Below are positions 33,664-44,988 of a DNA stretch of 53,844 nt, in pieces; within the stretch, counting starts at the first letter, position 1, and every line of letters starts with the position of its first letter. A model generated the notes under the pieces. That model worked only from the letters and a program-made list of their open reading frames with translations. It searched no databases and had not been told where the DNA came from. The position numbers and the translations under genes are program-made. The stretch is from an uncultured Candidatus Saccharibacteria bacterium (lineage in GTDB: Bacteria; Patescibacteriota; Minisyncoccia; JAHIHE01; DAOWLE01), in NCBI GenBank assembly GCA_964430135.1, contig CAYSEG010000001.1:5959-59802 (forward strand), given 5' to 3'.

Positions 33664-34326
33664 TTAGACCATTTCCTTAACCGGCCTAAATGATTTCCTG
33701 TGCAACCGACAGGGTCCATATTTTTTTAACATTTCCAAATGCAGTTTTGTGCCATATCCTTTGTGTTTAGCGAAGCCATAATTAGGATATTTTTTATCAT
33801 AGCGGACAAGCAGTCTGTCGCGGGTTACCTTGGCAATTATTGAAGCAACGGCTATAGAAAAAACGTACTTATCTCCATTGGGAATGGCTGTCTGTGAGAC
33901 AGGATAATTTTTTATTGTCCAGCGGCCGTCAAGCAGCAAAAAATCAGGTTTAATTTCTAAATTTTCCACTGCTTTTTTCATTGCCAATAAAGAAGCTTTT
34001 AAAATATTTATTTTATCTATTATTTTTTCCGAAACAATTCCAACCGCATAGTTTATATTCTTATCATTAGTCAAAACTTTATATAATCTTTCCCGTTGAA
34101 GCGGAGTTAAACATTTAGAATCCCTGACATTATTATTTTTTTTGTAAAAGGAATCAGGAAGATTTGCAGTACAATATTTATCTTTTAATCTACTCAACGA
34201 AATCACAACTGCGCAAGCAATTACCGGTCCGGCAAGAGGACCTCGACCAACTTCGTCTATTCCAGCAACAAATCTATAACCTTTCTTATATAATTGTTTT
34301 TCTCGTCTAAAAGTAGGAATGATCAT
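33664..34326 (-). CDS. rnhB: ribonuclease HII
   Basis: GIDEVGRGPLAGPV active-site block and DSKCLTPLQRE. Confidence 0.9.
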   Translation of the reverse strand: MIIPTFRREKQLYKKGYRFVAGIDEVGRGPLAGPVIACAVVISLSRLKDKYCTANLPDSFYKKNNNVRDSKCLTPLQRERLYKVLTNDKNINYAVGIVSEKIIDKINILKASLLAMKKAVENLEIKPDFLLLDGRWTIKNYPVSQTAIPNGDKYVFSIAVASIIAKVTRDRLLVRYDKKYPNYGFAKHKGYGTKLHLEMLKKYGPCRLHRKSFRPVKEMV

Positions 34327-34396
34327 ACTTTAAGTATACTATAATTTTAAAAAAGAGTTAATTAAAGAAGGAACTTTCAAGAGGAAAGTAAAAAGC

Positions 34397-34420
34397 AGGC
34401 GACATTCGCGAATGTCGCCT
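34397..34420 (-). terminator. perfect 24-nt palindrome, probable groEL terminator
   Basis: aggcgacattcgcgaatgtcgcct, followed on the minus strand by gcttttt. A nearly identical sequence lies inside the MFS coding region at 14674-14699. Confidence 0.55.
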
Positions 34421-34536
34421 ACATATTTACAATATTGGCTTCATTTCCTTGAATGGAACCATAATGTAAGTTTTCACAGAAAAGCTCCGGTCAAGAGACC
34501 GGAGCCAATGAATTCGTTAATACATTAATACGTTTT

Positions 34537-36237
<1,701 letters not shown>

Positions 36238-36412
36238 TCAGTCAAATTAAAAATTCGAAATGAAAAATTTAAAATGACTGATTGAAAATTATTAAATTAC
36301 TATTAATTTATTTTAAATTACAAAACAAAATGGTAAAATATTAGCCTGCTATTAAACTGCTGGTTCGGAGTTATACTCCGAACCAAATTGCACTAATGAA
36401 ATAAACTGACAC

Positions 36413-36483
36413 ACAACTGAGGGGAATGCGTTATCGCATTTGTCAACTTATCATAAACCCCATTTCGCTCCGCTTGCCATTCC
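36413..36483. repeat. REP-like X/Y unit pair inside the groES-groEL spacer
   Basis: aaactgacacacaactgaggggaatgcgttat ... tcataaaccccatttcgctccgcttgccattcc. Flanked by attgcactaat/attagtgcaat inverted repeats and the ggttcggagttatactccgaacc hairpin. Confidence 0.6.
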
Positions 36484-36589
36484 AGAATTTATTCCTATTG
36501 CTATTAGTGCATTGTGGTTCCAAGTACAACTAGATGTGAAGTCGCCACGGCGCTATCGTACCTCGCAAGGATAAATCCATAAATAAAAT

Positions 36590-36877
36590 TTATTCCTCCA
36601 GTATCGCCAGTATATCTTCTTCCTTAACAACTAAATATTCCTCTTCGTCAATTTTGACTTCTGTTGGCCCATATTTGGTAAATAAAACCTTATCACCGAC
36701 TTTAACGCTTAGAGGAATAATTTTCCCGTCTTCTGTTATCTTTCCCGACCCGACAGCAATCACTTCTCCCTGTTCTGGTTTTTCTTTCTCCACTGTATCA
36801 GGGATAACAATTCCAGACTTAGTTTTTTCCTCGATTGGTTTGAGAAGTATTTGATCTCTTAAAGGTTTAATATTCAT
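36590..36877 (-). CDS. groS: co-chaperonin GroES
   Basis: 95 aa. [27 protein letters not shown]. Confidence 0.95.
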   Translation of the reverse strand: MNIKPLRDQILLKPIEEKTKSGIVIPDTVEKEKPEQGEVIAVGSGKITEDGKIIPLSVKVGDKVLFTKYGPTEVKIDEEEYLVVKEEDILAILEE

Positions 36878-36903
36878 ACTATTAATAATCAGTAAACATT
36901 AAA

Positions 36904-36963
36904 CAGTTAACAAATTTTATAATTTGTTAACTGATAATTGTTAACTGATAATTGTTAACTGAC
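36904..36963 (-). promoter_or_regulatory. palindrome plus 14-nt tandem repeats in the groES leader
   Basis: cagttaacaaatt-ttat-aatttgttaactg (36904-36933) overlaps 2.8 tandem copies of ttgttaactgataa (36924-36963). Confidence 0.5.
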
Positions 36964-36990
36964 TTAGCACTGCTCGACCAACAGTGTTTT
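36964..36990 (-). promoter_or_regulatory. CIRCE-like inverted repeat (possible HrcA operator)
   Basis: TTAGCACTG-N9-CAGTGTTTT, against the consensus TTAGCACTC-N9-GAGTGCTAA. Lies immediately downstream of the predicted promoter. Confidence 0.5.
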
Positions 36991-37011
36991 TCTGAATAAT
37001 TTTATTATATT

Positions 37012-37040
37012 ATTATATTAAAGTATAGAAAGTCTGTCAA
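37012..37040 (-). promoter_or_regulatory. consensus sigma70 promoter of groES-groEL
   Basis: Minus strand TTGACA (37035-37040), 17 nt, TATAAT (37012-37017). Confidence 0.65.
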
Positions 37041-37044
37041 GAGG

Positions 37045-38064
37045 TCACTTTACCAAGCCAGAATCTTTTTGGCAAGCCAGTTCTAAAAAGCCAAGTTTTT
37101 TCATTCGTGCGTTAAACCCCTGAATAATTCTCACTTCTGGAGAATTTGGATGAAATTCTAACTGAGTATCATCGGCAACAATCCGGCCTCCTGGTTTCCC
37201 TTTTAGGGGATTTTTTTCAATGCGTTCTTTTTCATATTTTGCCAAAATTTTCTCAATACTGTTTCCTATTCGATTATTCAAAATCATTTCTAAACATTCG
37301 GCAAAAATACTTAATCCTTTATTTCTCCTAACGATTCTTAAATTTCCTTTTCTAGACTCTGGCCAAAAAATCAGATAATCTTTTATCCAAGAATTTGCTT
37401 TTTGAAATTGCCTAAAAACAAAACCGTTTTTGTCTATTATCGGCACTAACCGCGCATAACTTTGGGCATTATAAAGGCTTTTAAATGGAATTTCTAAAGA
37501 TTTATCAATGATATAATGATTAAGACAAATTTTATCACGGGTGACATTGCCGTGACGGTGGACGCCCAAGAGAATAGTCAGAAAAGTAACAAGTGTCCGA
37601 CAAGTCCAAATTCGACCGGTTTTAGTGACAATTAAAAGGTCTAAATCAGACTCCCTGCAGGTATTGCCCAAAGCTAAAGAGCCACTAACAGTAATCATTC
37701 TTATAAATGGAATGCCCTCAAAAAACCAAATAATTCTTCTCGCTTTTTTCCATTTCTCGTCAGCAATCTTTTTCCGCCAAATATGTTTTTTTATAATTTC
37801 ATCCCGCCCTTTTAAAAAATAAAATCCATTTCTCTGGAAGATTATTTTTCTTAGTTCTAAGCTGTTTTCTAACGTCTCTATAACATCATAGAAAGAAATA
37901 TCTGCTCTGTCGTTCTGAAATTGTTTCAAAGCCTTGTCATTATGTCTTTTAATAAAATCAACATTTATAAGATATTTATAAATTTCAAAACCAGTCAACG
38001 GATAATTTAAAACATCATAATAACATACAGTGGCAATAATTGATTTTTCAAGAAAATTTGGCAC
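37045..38064 (-). CDS. hypothetical protein with a Pol-beta-type nucleotidyltransferase motif
   Basis: 339 aa. The block GSLALGNTCRESDLDLLIV resembles the GS...DxD NTase signature. GTG start. Confidence 0.5.
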   Translation of the reverse strand: MPNFLEKSIIATVCYYDVLNYPLTGFEIYKYLINVDFIKRHNDKALKQFQNDRADISFYDVIETLENSLELRKIIFQRNGFYFLKGRDEIIKKHIWRKKIADEKWKKARRIIWFFEGIPFIRMITVSGSLALGNTCRESDLDLLIVTKTGRIWTCRTLVTFLTILLGVHRHGNVTRDKICLNHYIIDKSLEIPFKSLYNAQSYARLVPIIDKNGFVFRQFQKANSWIKDYLIFWPESRKGNLRIVRRNKGLSIFAECLEMILNNRIGNSIEKILAKYEKERIEKNPLKGKPGGRIVADDTQLEFHPNSPEVRIIQGFNARMKKLGFLELACQKDSGLVK

Positions 38065-38159
38065 AATAAATCAAAAATTAAATATTAAAATACAAAATGA
38101 CCCCCCTTATGGAGTCAATTTTGATTTGTCATTTTGATTTTTACTTTTTGCATTTTGAA

Positions 38160-39395
38160 TTAACTTTTTACTCTAATAAACTTTCTCCTCCCCACCTGAA
38201 CAACCATCCCTTCTCTAATAGAAATCTTTTTCCTCCAATCACCAATTATTTTATCATCAATCTTTACCCCGCCTTGCTGAATCAATCTTCTGGCTTCACC
38301 TTTGCTTTTAGCTAATTTTGTTTGAACTAATAAATCTAAAATCGTTATTTCTTTATTTTTAATTTTTATCTCTGGAATTTTCTCCGGTACTTTATGCTCT
38401 TTAAAAATTTTATTAAATTCTTTTTCGGCGCGAGTTGCTTCCTCTTCAGAATGATAAAGTTTAACGATCTCCCAAGCCAAGAGCGCCTTGGCATCACGAG
38501 GATTAAGTTTTTTGGATTTCAAATCTCTCTCTATTTCTCTAACTTTATTGAGAGAAACATCGGTAGTTAATTTAAAATAGTGAATAATTAATTCATCCGG
38601 AATGGACATTATCTTTCCGTATTGCTCTTGGGAATTTTCAATAACCCCAATATAATTATTCATACTTTTACTCATCTTTTCTTTCCCGTCTAGACCAATT
38701 AGAAGTGGAACTGTCATCACATCTTGCAATGATTTGTCTAATTTTTTTTGAAGAGTCCTTCCCATCAGCATATTAAAAGTTTGATCAGTCCCCCCTATCT
38801 CAACGTCTGCTTTTATGATAATTGAATCGTAAGCTTGAAGAATAGGATAAAGCATCTCGTGAATACGAATATCAATATTTCTTTTCATTCTTTTAGTAAA
38901 ATCATCCCTCTCTAAAATACGGGCAACCGTAACAAGCCCAGCCAGTTTAATAACATCATCTAATTTCATCTTTTTATACCATTGGCTGTTTCTCCTGATT
39001 TCTATCTTGCTCGTATCTATTATTTTCCCCACTTGCTTAAGGTAAGTCTCAGCATTTTTTTCAACTTCTTTAGCCGAAAGCTGAACTCGCGTTTTTGATT
39101 TGCCAGAAGGGTCACCAATCTGGCCGGTAAAATCACCAATAATAAAAACAACCTGATGTCCTAATTTTTGAAATTCTTTAAGTTTTCTCAAGGGGACAGT
39201 ATGTCCTAAATGAATATCTGGTCTTGAGGGATCAACGCCAAATTTTATCCTTAGTCTTTTTCCTGAAAAAAGTTTTTTTTCTAAATCTTTCTGGACAATA
39301 ACCTTCTCCACTCTCCGTTCCAAAAGCTCTTTTATTTTTTCTTCTGATGTATTGATTTTTATTCCGTTAGACATTTTATTGATTTCACTAATCAT
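38160..39395 (-). CDS. tyrS: tyrosyl-tRNA synthetase
   Basis: HIGH-type DIHLGH, GDFTGQIGDPSGKS, KMSKS, and a C-terminal S4 domain (RRLIQQGGVKIDDK). Confidence 0.92.
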   Translation of the reverse strand: MISEINKMSNGIKINTSEEKIKELLERRVEKVIVQKDLEKKLFSGKRLRIKFGVDPSRPDIHLGHTVPLRKLKEFQKLGHQVVFIIGDFTGQIGDPSGKSKTRVQLSAKEVEKNAETYLKQVGKIIDTSKIEIRRNSQWYKKMKLDDVIKLAGLVTVARILERDDFTKRMKRNIDIRIHEMLYPILQAYDSIIIKADVEIGGTDQTFNMLMGRTLQKKLDKSLQDVMTVPLLIGLDGKEKMSKSMNNYIGVIENSQEQYGKIMSIPDELIIHYFKLTTDVSLNKVREIERDLKSKKLNPRDAKALLAWEIVKLYHSEEEATRAEKEFNKIFKEHKVPEKIPEIKIKNKEITILDLLVQTKLAKSKGEARRLIQQGGVKIDDKIIGDWRKKISIREGMVVQVGRRKFIRVKS

Positions 39396-39812
39396 ATTTT
39401 TTCACCCCCCATTAGAACAAATAAATGTCTAACGGGATGAATACTTTAATTTTAGCAGAAATTTTTATTTTGTAAATTACTTATACCAAATCATCATTTA
39501 TCTACATATTATCATACTGAATTAATTTTCCTATTTTTATTTGAGGCGAAATGAAAAATAAAATTATAGCCTGAAACAACGGAATACCCAAGAAAAATTA
39601 AAGAAATTTTTCGAATTAAAATTTCTATGGCGCCGCCAAAAGATAATACACACAAGTATTGATGCAATGGATGTAAATTTTGGTAAAAAATAACCAAGAA
39701 AATAGACAAAGCGACTCAACTGAACCGACAAAGACGATTATTTATATAAAGATAAATAAAAACTCTGCGTAGAAAATTTTTATTCTAATTTTTCGTAAAA
39801 AATATCAAATAC

Positions 39813-39842
39813 AGAAGGCGAGATTATATAATCTCGCCTTCT
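39813..39842 (-). terminator. hairpin terminator downstream of rnhA
   Basis: agaaggcgagattatataatctcgccttct, followed on the minus strand by a T-rich stretch. Confidence 0.5.
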
Positions 39843-40012
39843 GGGGGCTTTATCCTGCTTTGAATTACAAAATAGATTTTTTCTTTGTTGTTTCGACTAG
39901 AATCCTCTTAGCCGTGTTTAACGCAAAAAAAATTTAATAAATTTCCCATTCTGCTATCGCGCCCGTTCAAAGTGACAAAAGAGAGTATTCCGTAATTAGA
40001 CTCTAGAAAATC

Positions 40013-40522
40013 TTATATTCCCGGCAAACTTCTTCTTTTTTCTTTTGCATTTAACGCTTTGTTAACTAAACGATCCGCCTCACGGTTTTTTTCGCGGGGA
40101 ATATATTTAAAAGTTACCTTACCAAAATCCAACATCAAGTTCCAAACTTTAATAAAAAGTTCTATTAAATTCTTATCTTTAATTTTATATTGATGATTTA
40201 ATTGCCGAACAACCAGTTCGCTGTCCAAAAAACACTCCGCTTGGCCCTTGCCGGCAAGATCCGCTTTTTTAAAAATTCCCTTTGCTTTCCTAAGAGCAAA
40301 AATAAGTGCTTGATATTCTGCCTCGTTATTTGTCGCCTCGCCGATATATTCAGAATATTTTTTTATCATCCTTGCCGCTCCGAGCTTAGCCTGCTCTGAA
40401 TTTATCAAATAGTCGGAAGGTTTTTTCTCTTCTAATTTTTTCTCGCTGATAATAATCCCGATTCCTGCAGGCCCTGGATTGCCGCGAGCCCCGCCATCAG
40501 TATAGATATATAACTTATTCAT
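40013..40522 (-). CDS. rnhA: ribonuclease HI
   Basis: YTDGGARGNPGPAGIG, NNEAEYQALI and the REKNREADRLVN blocks. Overlaps the recJ stop by 8 nt. Confidence 0.85.
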   Translation of the reverse strand: MNKLYIYTDGGARGNPGPAGIGIIISEKKLEEKKPSDYLINSEQAKLGAARMIKKYSEYIGEATNNEAEYQALIFALRKAKGIFKKADLAGKGQAECFLDSELVVRQLNHQYKIKDKNLIELFIKVWNLMLDFGKVTFKYIPREKNREADRLVNKALNAKEKRRSLPGI

Positions 40523-42281
40523 TTTTTGATTTCTTTAAATCAATAATTTTTAATTGCAGCTGCCGCATGCCGTTCCACTCATCAGCGATAAGTTCAAAAA
40601 CAACATCAACTAAATCACCCTGGTTTATTTTTTTTATACAACCACCAAAAGAAAATCCAATCGCATCAAATGTCTTCTGAAGACTATCTCGGGAAGAAAC
40701 GACAATATTGCCGTTTCCGCCTCGCTGAGTTGTAAGTTTTAATTTCAAATGTTTGCCGCCGTTGCCGACAATTCGCATCTGGCTTATTTTTAAATTCCTT
40801 ACTAAAAATAATGGTTTTGGATTACCTTCGCCAAAAGGGGAAAATTTAGCAATCTGGTCATAAATATTCCAATTGATATCCTCTGAATTAATTTCGGCAT
40901 CAATATTAACAACCGGAACTAAATTTTCGCTTTGTATTTCTTCGCCAGCAATGGCTTCAAGCTGGTCTTTAAAATCAGCCAATTTGCTATTATCTAAAGT
41001 AAAGCCAGCCGCGCCTCTATGTCCGCCGAACTCACAAAGATGCTGACTGCACCGACTAATCGCCTCAATTAAATTAAAAGAATGGATGCTTCTGCCCGAG
41101 CCGATGCTTTGTTTTTTACCCTTAGAGAAAATTAAAGTAGGACAGTTGGCTTCATCAACTAATTTTGAAGCAACTAAGCCAACCACTCCAACCGGCCAAT
41201 TTTCACTGCCTTCAAAAATAATTTTTTCTTTGCCGGACAATCTTGATTTTACCTCCCTAACAATTTTTTCAGTAATTTTTTGTCTTTGATAATTTTTTTC
41301 TTCTAATTTTTCTGAAAGTTGCTTTGCTTCCTCTAAAGATTCGCTTATAAGAAGTTTGTAGGCGTGATTTGCATGATCTATTCGTCCGGCTGCATTAAGC
41401 CGCGGAGCAATCACAAAATTAATTTCATAAGTAGTTAAAGGGGCATGATTATTATTAATAATTCCGGTATTCTTCATTAATGTTTTAAGCCCTATCCGTT
41501 GAGTCTTTCCTAAAACAATAAGTCCGTATTTTACTAATGTTCGATTTTCGCCGACCAAAGGAACGCAATCAGCAACCGTTCCGATAGCTACTAAATCTAA
41601 AAGCCATTTTTCAAATCCTTCATTAATTTTTAATTTTTCATTTTTAATTTTTAATTTATAAACTAACCCTTGAGCTAATTTATACGCTACCCCAACACCG
41701 GCTAATTCTTTAAAAGGATATCGGCAATCATCTTGTTTCGGATTAAGAATAGCAAAAGCTCGAGGTAACTTCTCACCAACCCAATGATGATCAGTGATAA
41801 TAACCTCAACTCCTAACTGGCGGGCAAGTTCCACTTCTTCAAAATCAGAAACTCCGCAGTCAACCGTAATAATTAATTTTACCCCTAATTCTTTAAACCT
41901 TCTTATTGCCTCTAAATTCAATCCATAACCTTCTTTCGCTCTATCTGGAATATAGACATCAGGCCTGGCGCCTAAAGCTTCAAGAATTTTTACTAAGACA
42001 GCCGTTGATGTAAGCCCATCTGCGTCATAATCACCAAAAATAATAATTTTTTCTTTACTGCGGACAGCCTTAAAAATTCGCTCCACTGCTTTTTCCATCC
42101 CCTTCATTAAAAAAGGATCACAAAGACCCTCTTCATAGTCCGGGTTAAAGAATTCGTCAATGGCGTTTTTGTCTCTTATATTTCGATTAAAAAGCAGTTG
42201 TAAAACCAAAGCAGGGTATTCGGGGAATCGCTTTATAAAATCATTAGGGGCTTTTGAATTTATTTGCCATCTCTTTTGCAT
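40515..42281 (-). CDS. recJ: single-stranded-DNA-specific exonuclease RecJ
   Basis: DHH-family motifs (GDYDADGLTS, DCGVSD, ITDHHW) and the DHHA1 block GGHRGAAG. Confidence 0.9.
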   Translation of the reverse strand: MQKRWQINSKAPNDFIKRFPEYPALVLQLLFNRNIRDKNAIDEFFNPDYEEGLCDPFLMKGMEKAVERIFKAVRSKEKIIIFGDYDADGLTSTAVLVKILEALGARPDVYIPDRAKEGYGLNLEAIRRFKELGVKLIITVDCGVSDFEEVELARQLGVEVIITDHHWVGEKLPRAFAILNPKQDDCRYPFKELAGVGVAYKLAQGLVYKLKIKNEKLKINEGFEKWLLDLVAIGTVADCVPLVGENRTLVKYGLIVLGKTQRIGLKTLMKNTGIINNNHAPLTTYEINFVIAPRLNAAGRIDHANHAYKLLISESLEEAKQLSEKLEEKNYQRQKITEKIVREVKSRLSGKEKIIFEGSENWPVGVVGLVASKLVDEANCPTLIFSKGKKQSIGSGRSIHSFNLIEAISRCSQHLCEFGGHRGAAGFTLDNSKLADFKDQLEAIAGEEIQSENLVPVVNIDAEINSEDINWNIYDQIAKFSPFGEGNPKPLFLVRNLKISQMRIVGNGGKHLKLKLTTQRGGNGNIVVSSRDSLQKTFDAIGFSFGGCIKKINQGDLVDVVFELIADEWNGMRQLQLKIIDLKKSKNE

Positions 42282-42541
42282 AAAATTCTATCAGTTCAAA
42301 ACTAAAAGTTCAAAACTAAAAACTAAAAGCCTAAAGATAATTTACGATTTATGAATTAAGATTTGAGAATAAAAATAATATTTGCGATTCATAATTCGTA
42401 AATATTAAATCGTAAATCAGTTTTGAGTTTTCTTCTGTGGCCTTAAGCTCTGCGTTTTAAGTTTTAAGTTTTTAATAACATTTAGATTCTTACAGAAATT
42501 TAAAGAGTAAATTATTACCAGAAAAATTAAACGATATTAAT

Positions 42542-43111
42542 TTAAATTCGGCTGCACTTCGGACAAACAAAACTCACTTTAAAATAACCTTCTTTTGAAG
42601 ATTCTAAAGTCAAAGATAAAATGAGATGCCCTCCGCATTTTTTACACTTAAAGGAAGCGCCCTGATAAAAATCTTTAATCATCTTAGGCGCATCATATAA
42701 CTTTTCATCGATTGCCAAAAGATAGGTTATACGTTCGCCTAAATGAACCTTGATGCGGTCAACAACCTCACTAGGCCTAACCAAAGCTTTGATAATAAAA
42801 TCTTTTGCTCCAAGAGCTTCAGCATTCCTGCGATCTTCCTCTCGCCCTAAGTGAGAGGAAATAACAACTGGAATTTTAGCTGTCTTTGTATGTTCCTTAA
42901 GAGACTTCATTAATTCCCAGCCATCCATTCTCGGCATAACAATTCCAGTAAAAACGATATCTGGAATTTCTTTAAGAGCAATTTCTAAACCCTCCAGTCC
43001 GTCTCTCGCTTCTAAAACTTCAAAATTTCTTTCTTTAAAAGCATTCAGGTATATCTCACGAGTCGCTTCATCATCATCAACAATTAATATTTTTTTCTTG
43101 TTTTCTTTCAT
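42542..43111 (-). CDS. orphan response regulator (receiver domain) with a C-terminal zinc-ribbon
   Basis: ILIVDDDEATRE, the D of GIVMPRMDG, and the K of KALV. C-terminal CKKCGG...CPKCS. Confidence 0.8.
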   Translation of the reverse strand: MKENKKKILIVDDDEATREIYLNAFKERNFEVLEARDGLEGLEIALKEIPDIVFTGIVMPRMDGWELMKSLKEHTKTAKIPVVISSHLGREEDRRNAEALGAKDFIIKALVRPSEVVDRIKVHLGERITYLLAIDEKLYDAPKMIKDFYQGASFKCKKCGGHLILSLTLESSKEGYFKVSFVCPKCSRI

Positions 43112-43144
43112 TTAAAAAGAGAGTGTCATTGCAAGGGCTAATGC

Positions 43145-43264
43145 CGTTGATTCAAGTCTCTAGCTTAAACCATTTATTTATTTTTTGTTTATCCTTTATG
43201 GAAAGAAACCCCAAAAAAAGGGGGGTTCAGATCAGAGGCCTGAACTAACGAGAAAAGTTAATTT
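43145..43264. repeat. ~110-nt double-hairpin element, copy B
   Basis: Collinear with 11888-11997: gattcaagtctctagcttaaacc ... gaaagaaaccccaaaaaaagggg ... ggttcagatcagaggcctgaac ... aacgagaaaagttaatt. Confidence 0.7.
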
Positions 43265-43294
43265 GCAACAGATCTTATGAAAATAAGCTTTTCA

Positions 43295-43434
43295 CAGATC
43301 GTCTAAGAATCGAAATTTAACCTTTAGGATGTTTTGAATTTTTTGAATTTTAGCTTATTAAGCCAAATTTATGAAACCCTAAAGGGTAAATTTCTTAAAC
43401 TTTGTAGTTCTTGAACAGTCTGCAACAATAGGGA
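43295..43434 (+). repeat. MITE-like structured element E3
   Basis: Starts cagatcgtctaagaatcg. Centre caaatttatgaaaccctaaagggtaaatt. Ends gaacagtctgcaacaataggga. Related to E1 and E2. Confidence 0.6.
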
Positions 43435-43469
43435 ACGGATTACAAACCAGTTCCCGCGGAAAGCAATTT

Positions 43470-44423
43470 TTAAACTTTAGCTTGTAGCTTTTCCCACTGG
43501 CTATCCACCTCTTCCTGAATTTCTTTAATAAGACCTTTGTTTGCCGGTTTTAATAAATGCTTATACCTGCCTTGAGAAGCCAGCCATTCAATAATCGGTT
43601 TTCTTTTTTTGGGCTGGTAATTTAACTTCCAAACACCATCTTCCACTTCATAAAGCGGCCAAAAATTAGTCTCAACTGCCAATTGGGCCATTCTAACAGT
43701 CTGGTTCGTTGGAAATCGCCAGCCGCGGGGGCAGGGAGAAATAATATTTATAAAAGATGGGCCGTTAACCTTAATAGCTTTTTCTGTTTTTTTGACTAAA
43801 TCAGCCCAATGAGAGATAGAAGCTTGAGCCACGTAGCCTATGTTGTGAGCGGCAACAATAGCAGTTAAATTTTTCCTAAAAATTTCTTTTCCTTGAAGAA
43901 CTTTACCGGCCGGAGTTGTTGTCGATGACGCCCCTCTTGGCGTTGCGCTTGAACGTTGAACTCCGGTATTTGCATAAGCTTCATTATCATAGCAAATATA
44001 TAAAAATTTATGGCGCCGTTCTAAGGCGCCTGAAAGCGACTGAAGTCCAATATCATAGGAGCCTCCGTCGCCGCCAAAAGCAACAAACTTTGTTTTTGTA
44101 AATTTATTCCAATCTGAAATAAACTTAGATGAATATTTCCTATTTAATTTCTTTTTTTTTAGCAACGCTTTGTGCGCTCTCTCTATTCCGCTTATAGTTG
44201 CCGCAACATTTTCAAAAGCATTATGAATCCAAGGCACATTCCAAGCTGTATATGGATAAATAGTTGTGGCTACTTCCAAACATCCGGTAGCCGTTGCCAC
44301 AACTACCGGTTCCTTTATGGCGCTTAAAACAATTCTAACGCAAATAGCCGCCCCGCATCCGGCGCAAAGACGATGGCCAGAAACCAATCTTTCTGGCTGT
44401 ATTGCCAATTCTTGAATAGTCAT
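43470..44423 (-). CDS. porB: 2-oxoacid:ferredoxin oxidoreductase beta (TPP-binding) subunit
   Basis: CAGCGAA, GGDGGSYDIGLQSL and YDNEAYANTGVQ blocks. No alpha/gamma/delta subunit gene is adjacent. Confidence 0.85.
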   Translation of the reverse strand: MTIQELAIQPERLVSGHRLCAGCGAAICVRIVLSAIKEPVVVATATGCLEVATTIYPYTAWNVPWIHNAFENVAATISGIERAHKALLKKKKLNRKYSSKFISDWNKFTKTKFVAFGGDGGSYDIGLQSLSGALERRHKFLYICYDNEAYANTGVQRSSATPRGASSTTTPAGKVLQGKEIFRKNLTAIVAAHNIGYVAQASISHWADLVKKTEKAIKVNGPSFINIISPCPRGWRFPTNQTVRMAQLAVETNFWPLYEVEDGVWKLNYQPKKRKPIIEWLASQGRYKHLLKPANKGLIKEIQEEVDSQWEKLQAKV

Positions 44424-44475
44424 AATAATAAAATAAAAAATTCAAAATGAAAAATAAAAAGTTACAGTGCAAAAT

Positions 44476-44835
44476 TTAAAATTTTTTCTTTCCTCTAATA
44501 GTTAAAATGCTTGAAGCAAGAATATTCGCAATTTCATTAGTTTCTTTAAATAGTGGCTCTATTATATTTTTACCTGCTTGAACAAAACCTCTTAATAGTC
44601 CTAACCAAAATTTACTTTCATTAGCAGATTTAAGGGAATAGTTTAAAAAATTTGCAAAATTCTTTTTAGTACCACATGCTTGAGCTTCAATTAAATTCGC
44701 TCCTGCACTGATTGCACTTCGCAGTAATTGATCAGCAATAATTCTACAGGATTAATTTTTGGGCAAAGATTCAATAAGTTTTATAATTTCCAGTGTATAA
44801 ATATAACTTCGTTCTTTATTGTCAATTTTAAATTT
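44476..44835 (-). pseudogene. four-helix-bundle (23S rRNA IVS protein/Avd-like) gene with an in-frame TAA and no start
   Basis: Hand translation gives ...IIKLIESLPKN*SCRIIADQLLRSAISAGANLIEAQACGTKKNFANFLNYSLKSANESKFWLGLL...KKF*, with the TAA at 44752-44754. Confidence 0.6.
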
Positions 44836-44907
44836 TGAATTGTAATTTATTTGGAATTTGCGATTTTGGATTTTGAATTTATTATTTATTCAGTATCTCT
44901 TAAAGTT

Positions 44908-44931
44908 GGTTCAAGTTTTCTGATTTGAACC
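44908..44931. repeat. solo copy of the first hairpin of the double-hairpin element
   Basis: ggttcaagttttctgatttgaacc + ttttattttttt, compared with 11892-11914. Confidence 0.6.
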
Positions 44932-44988
44932 TTTTATTTTTTTCGTTTTATTTAAGAAATTTATACCATCAATCAAAAAAAATGATTG

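Noticed and set aside
39396-39510. T-box leader upstream of tyrS.
   Set aside because: The leader is only ~100 nt, and no T-box consensus or specifier/antiterminator architecture is visible.
39512-39709. 65-aa ORF upstream of tyrS.
   Set aside because: It is a hydrophobic low-complexity translation of AT-rich intergenic DNA with no SD. It overlaps the probable tyrS promoter region.
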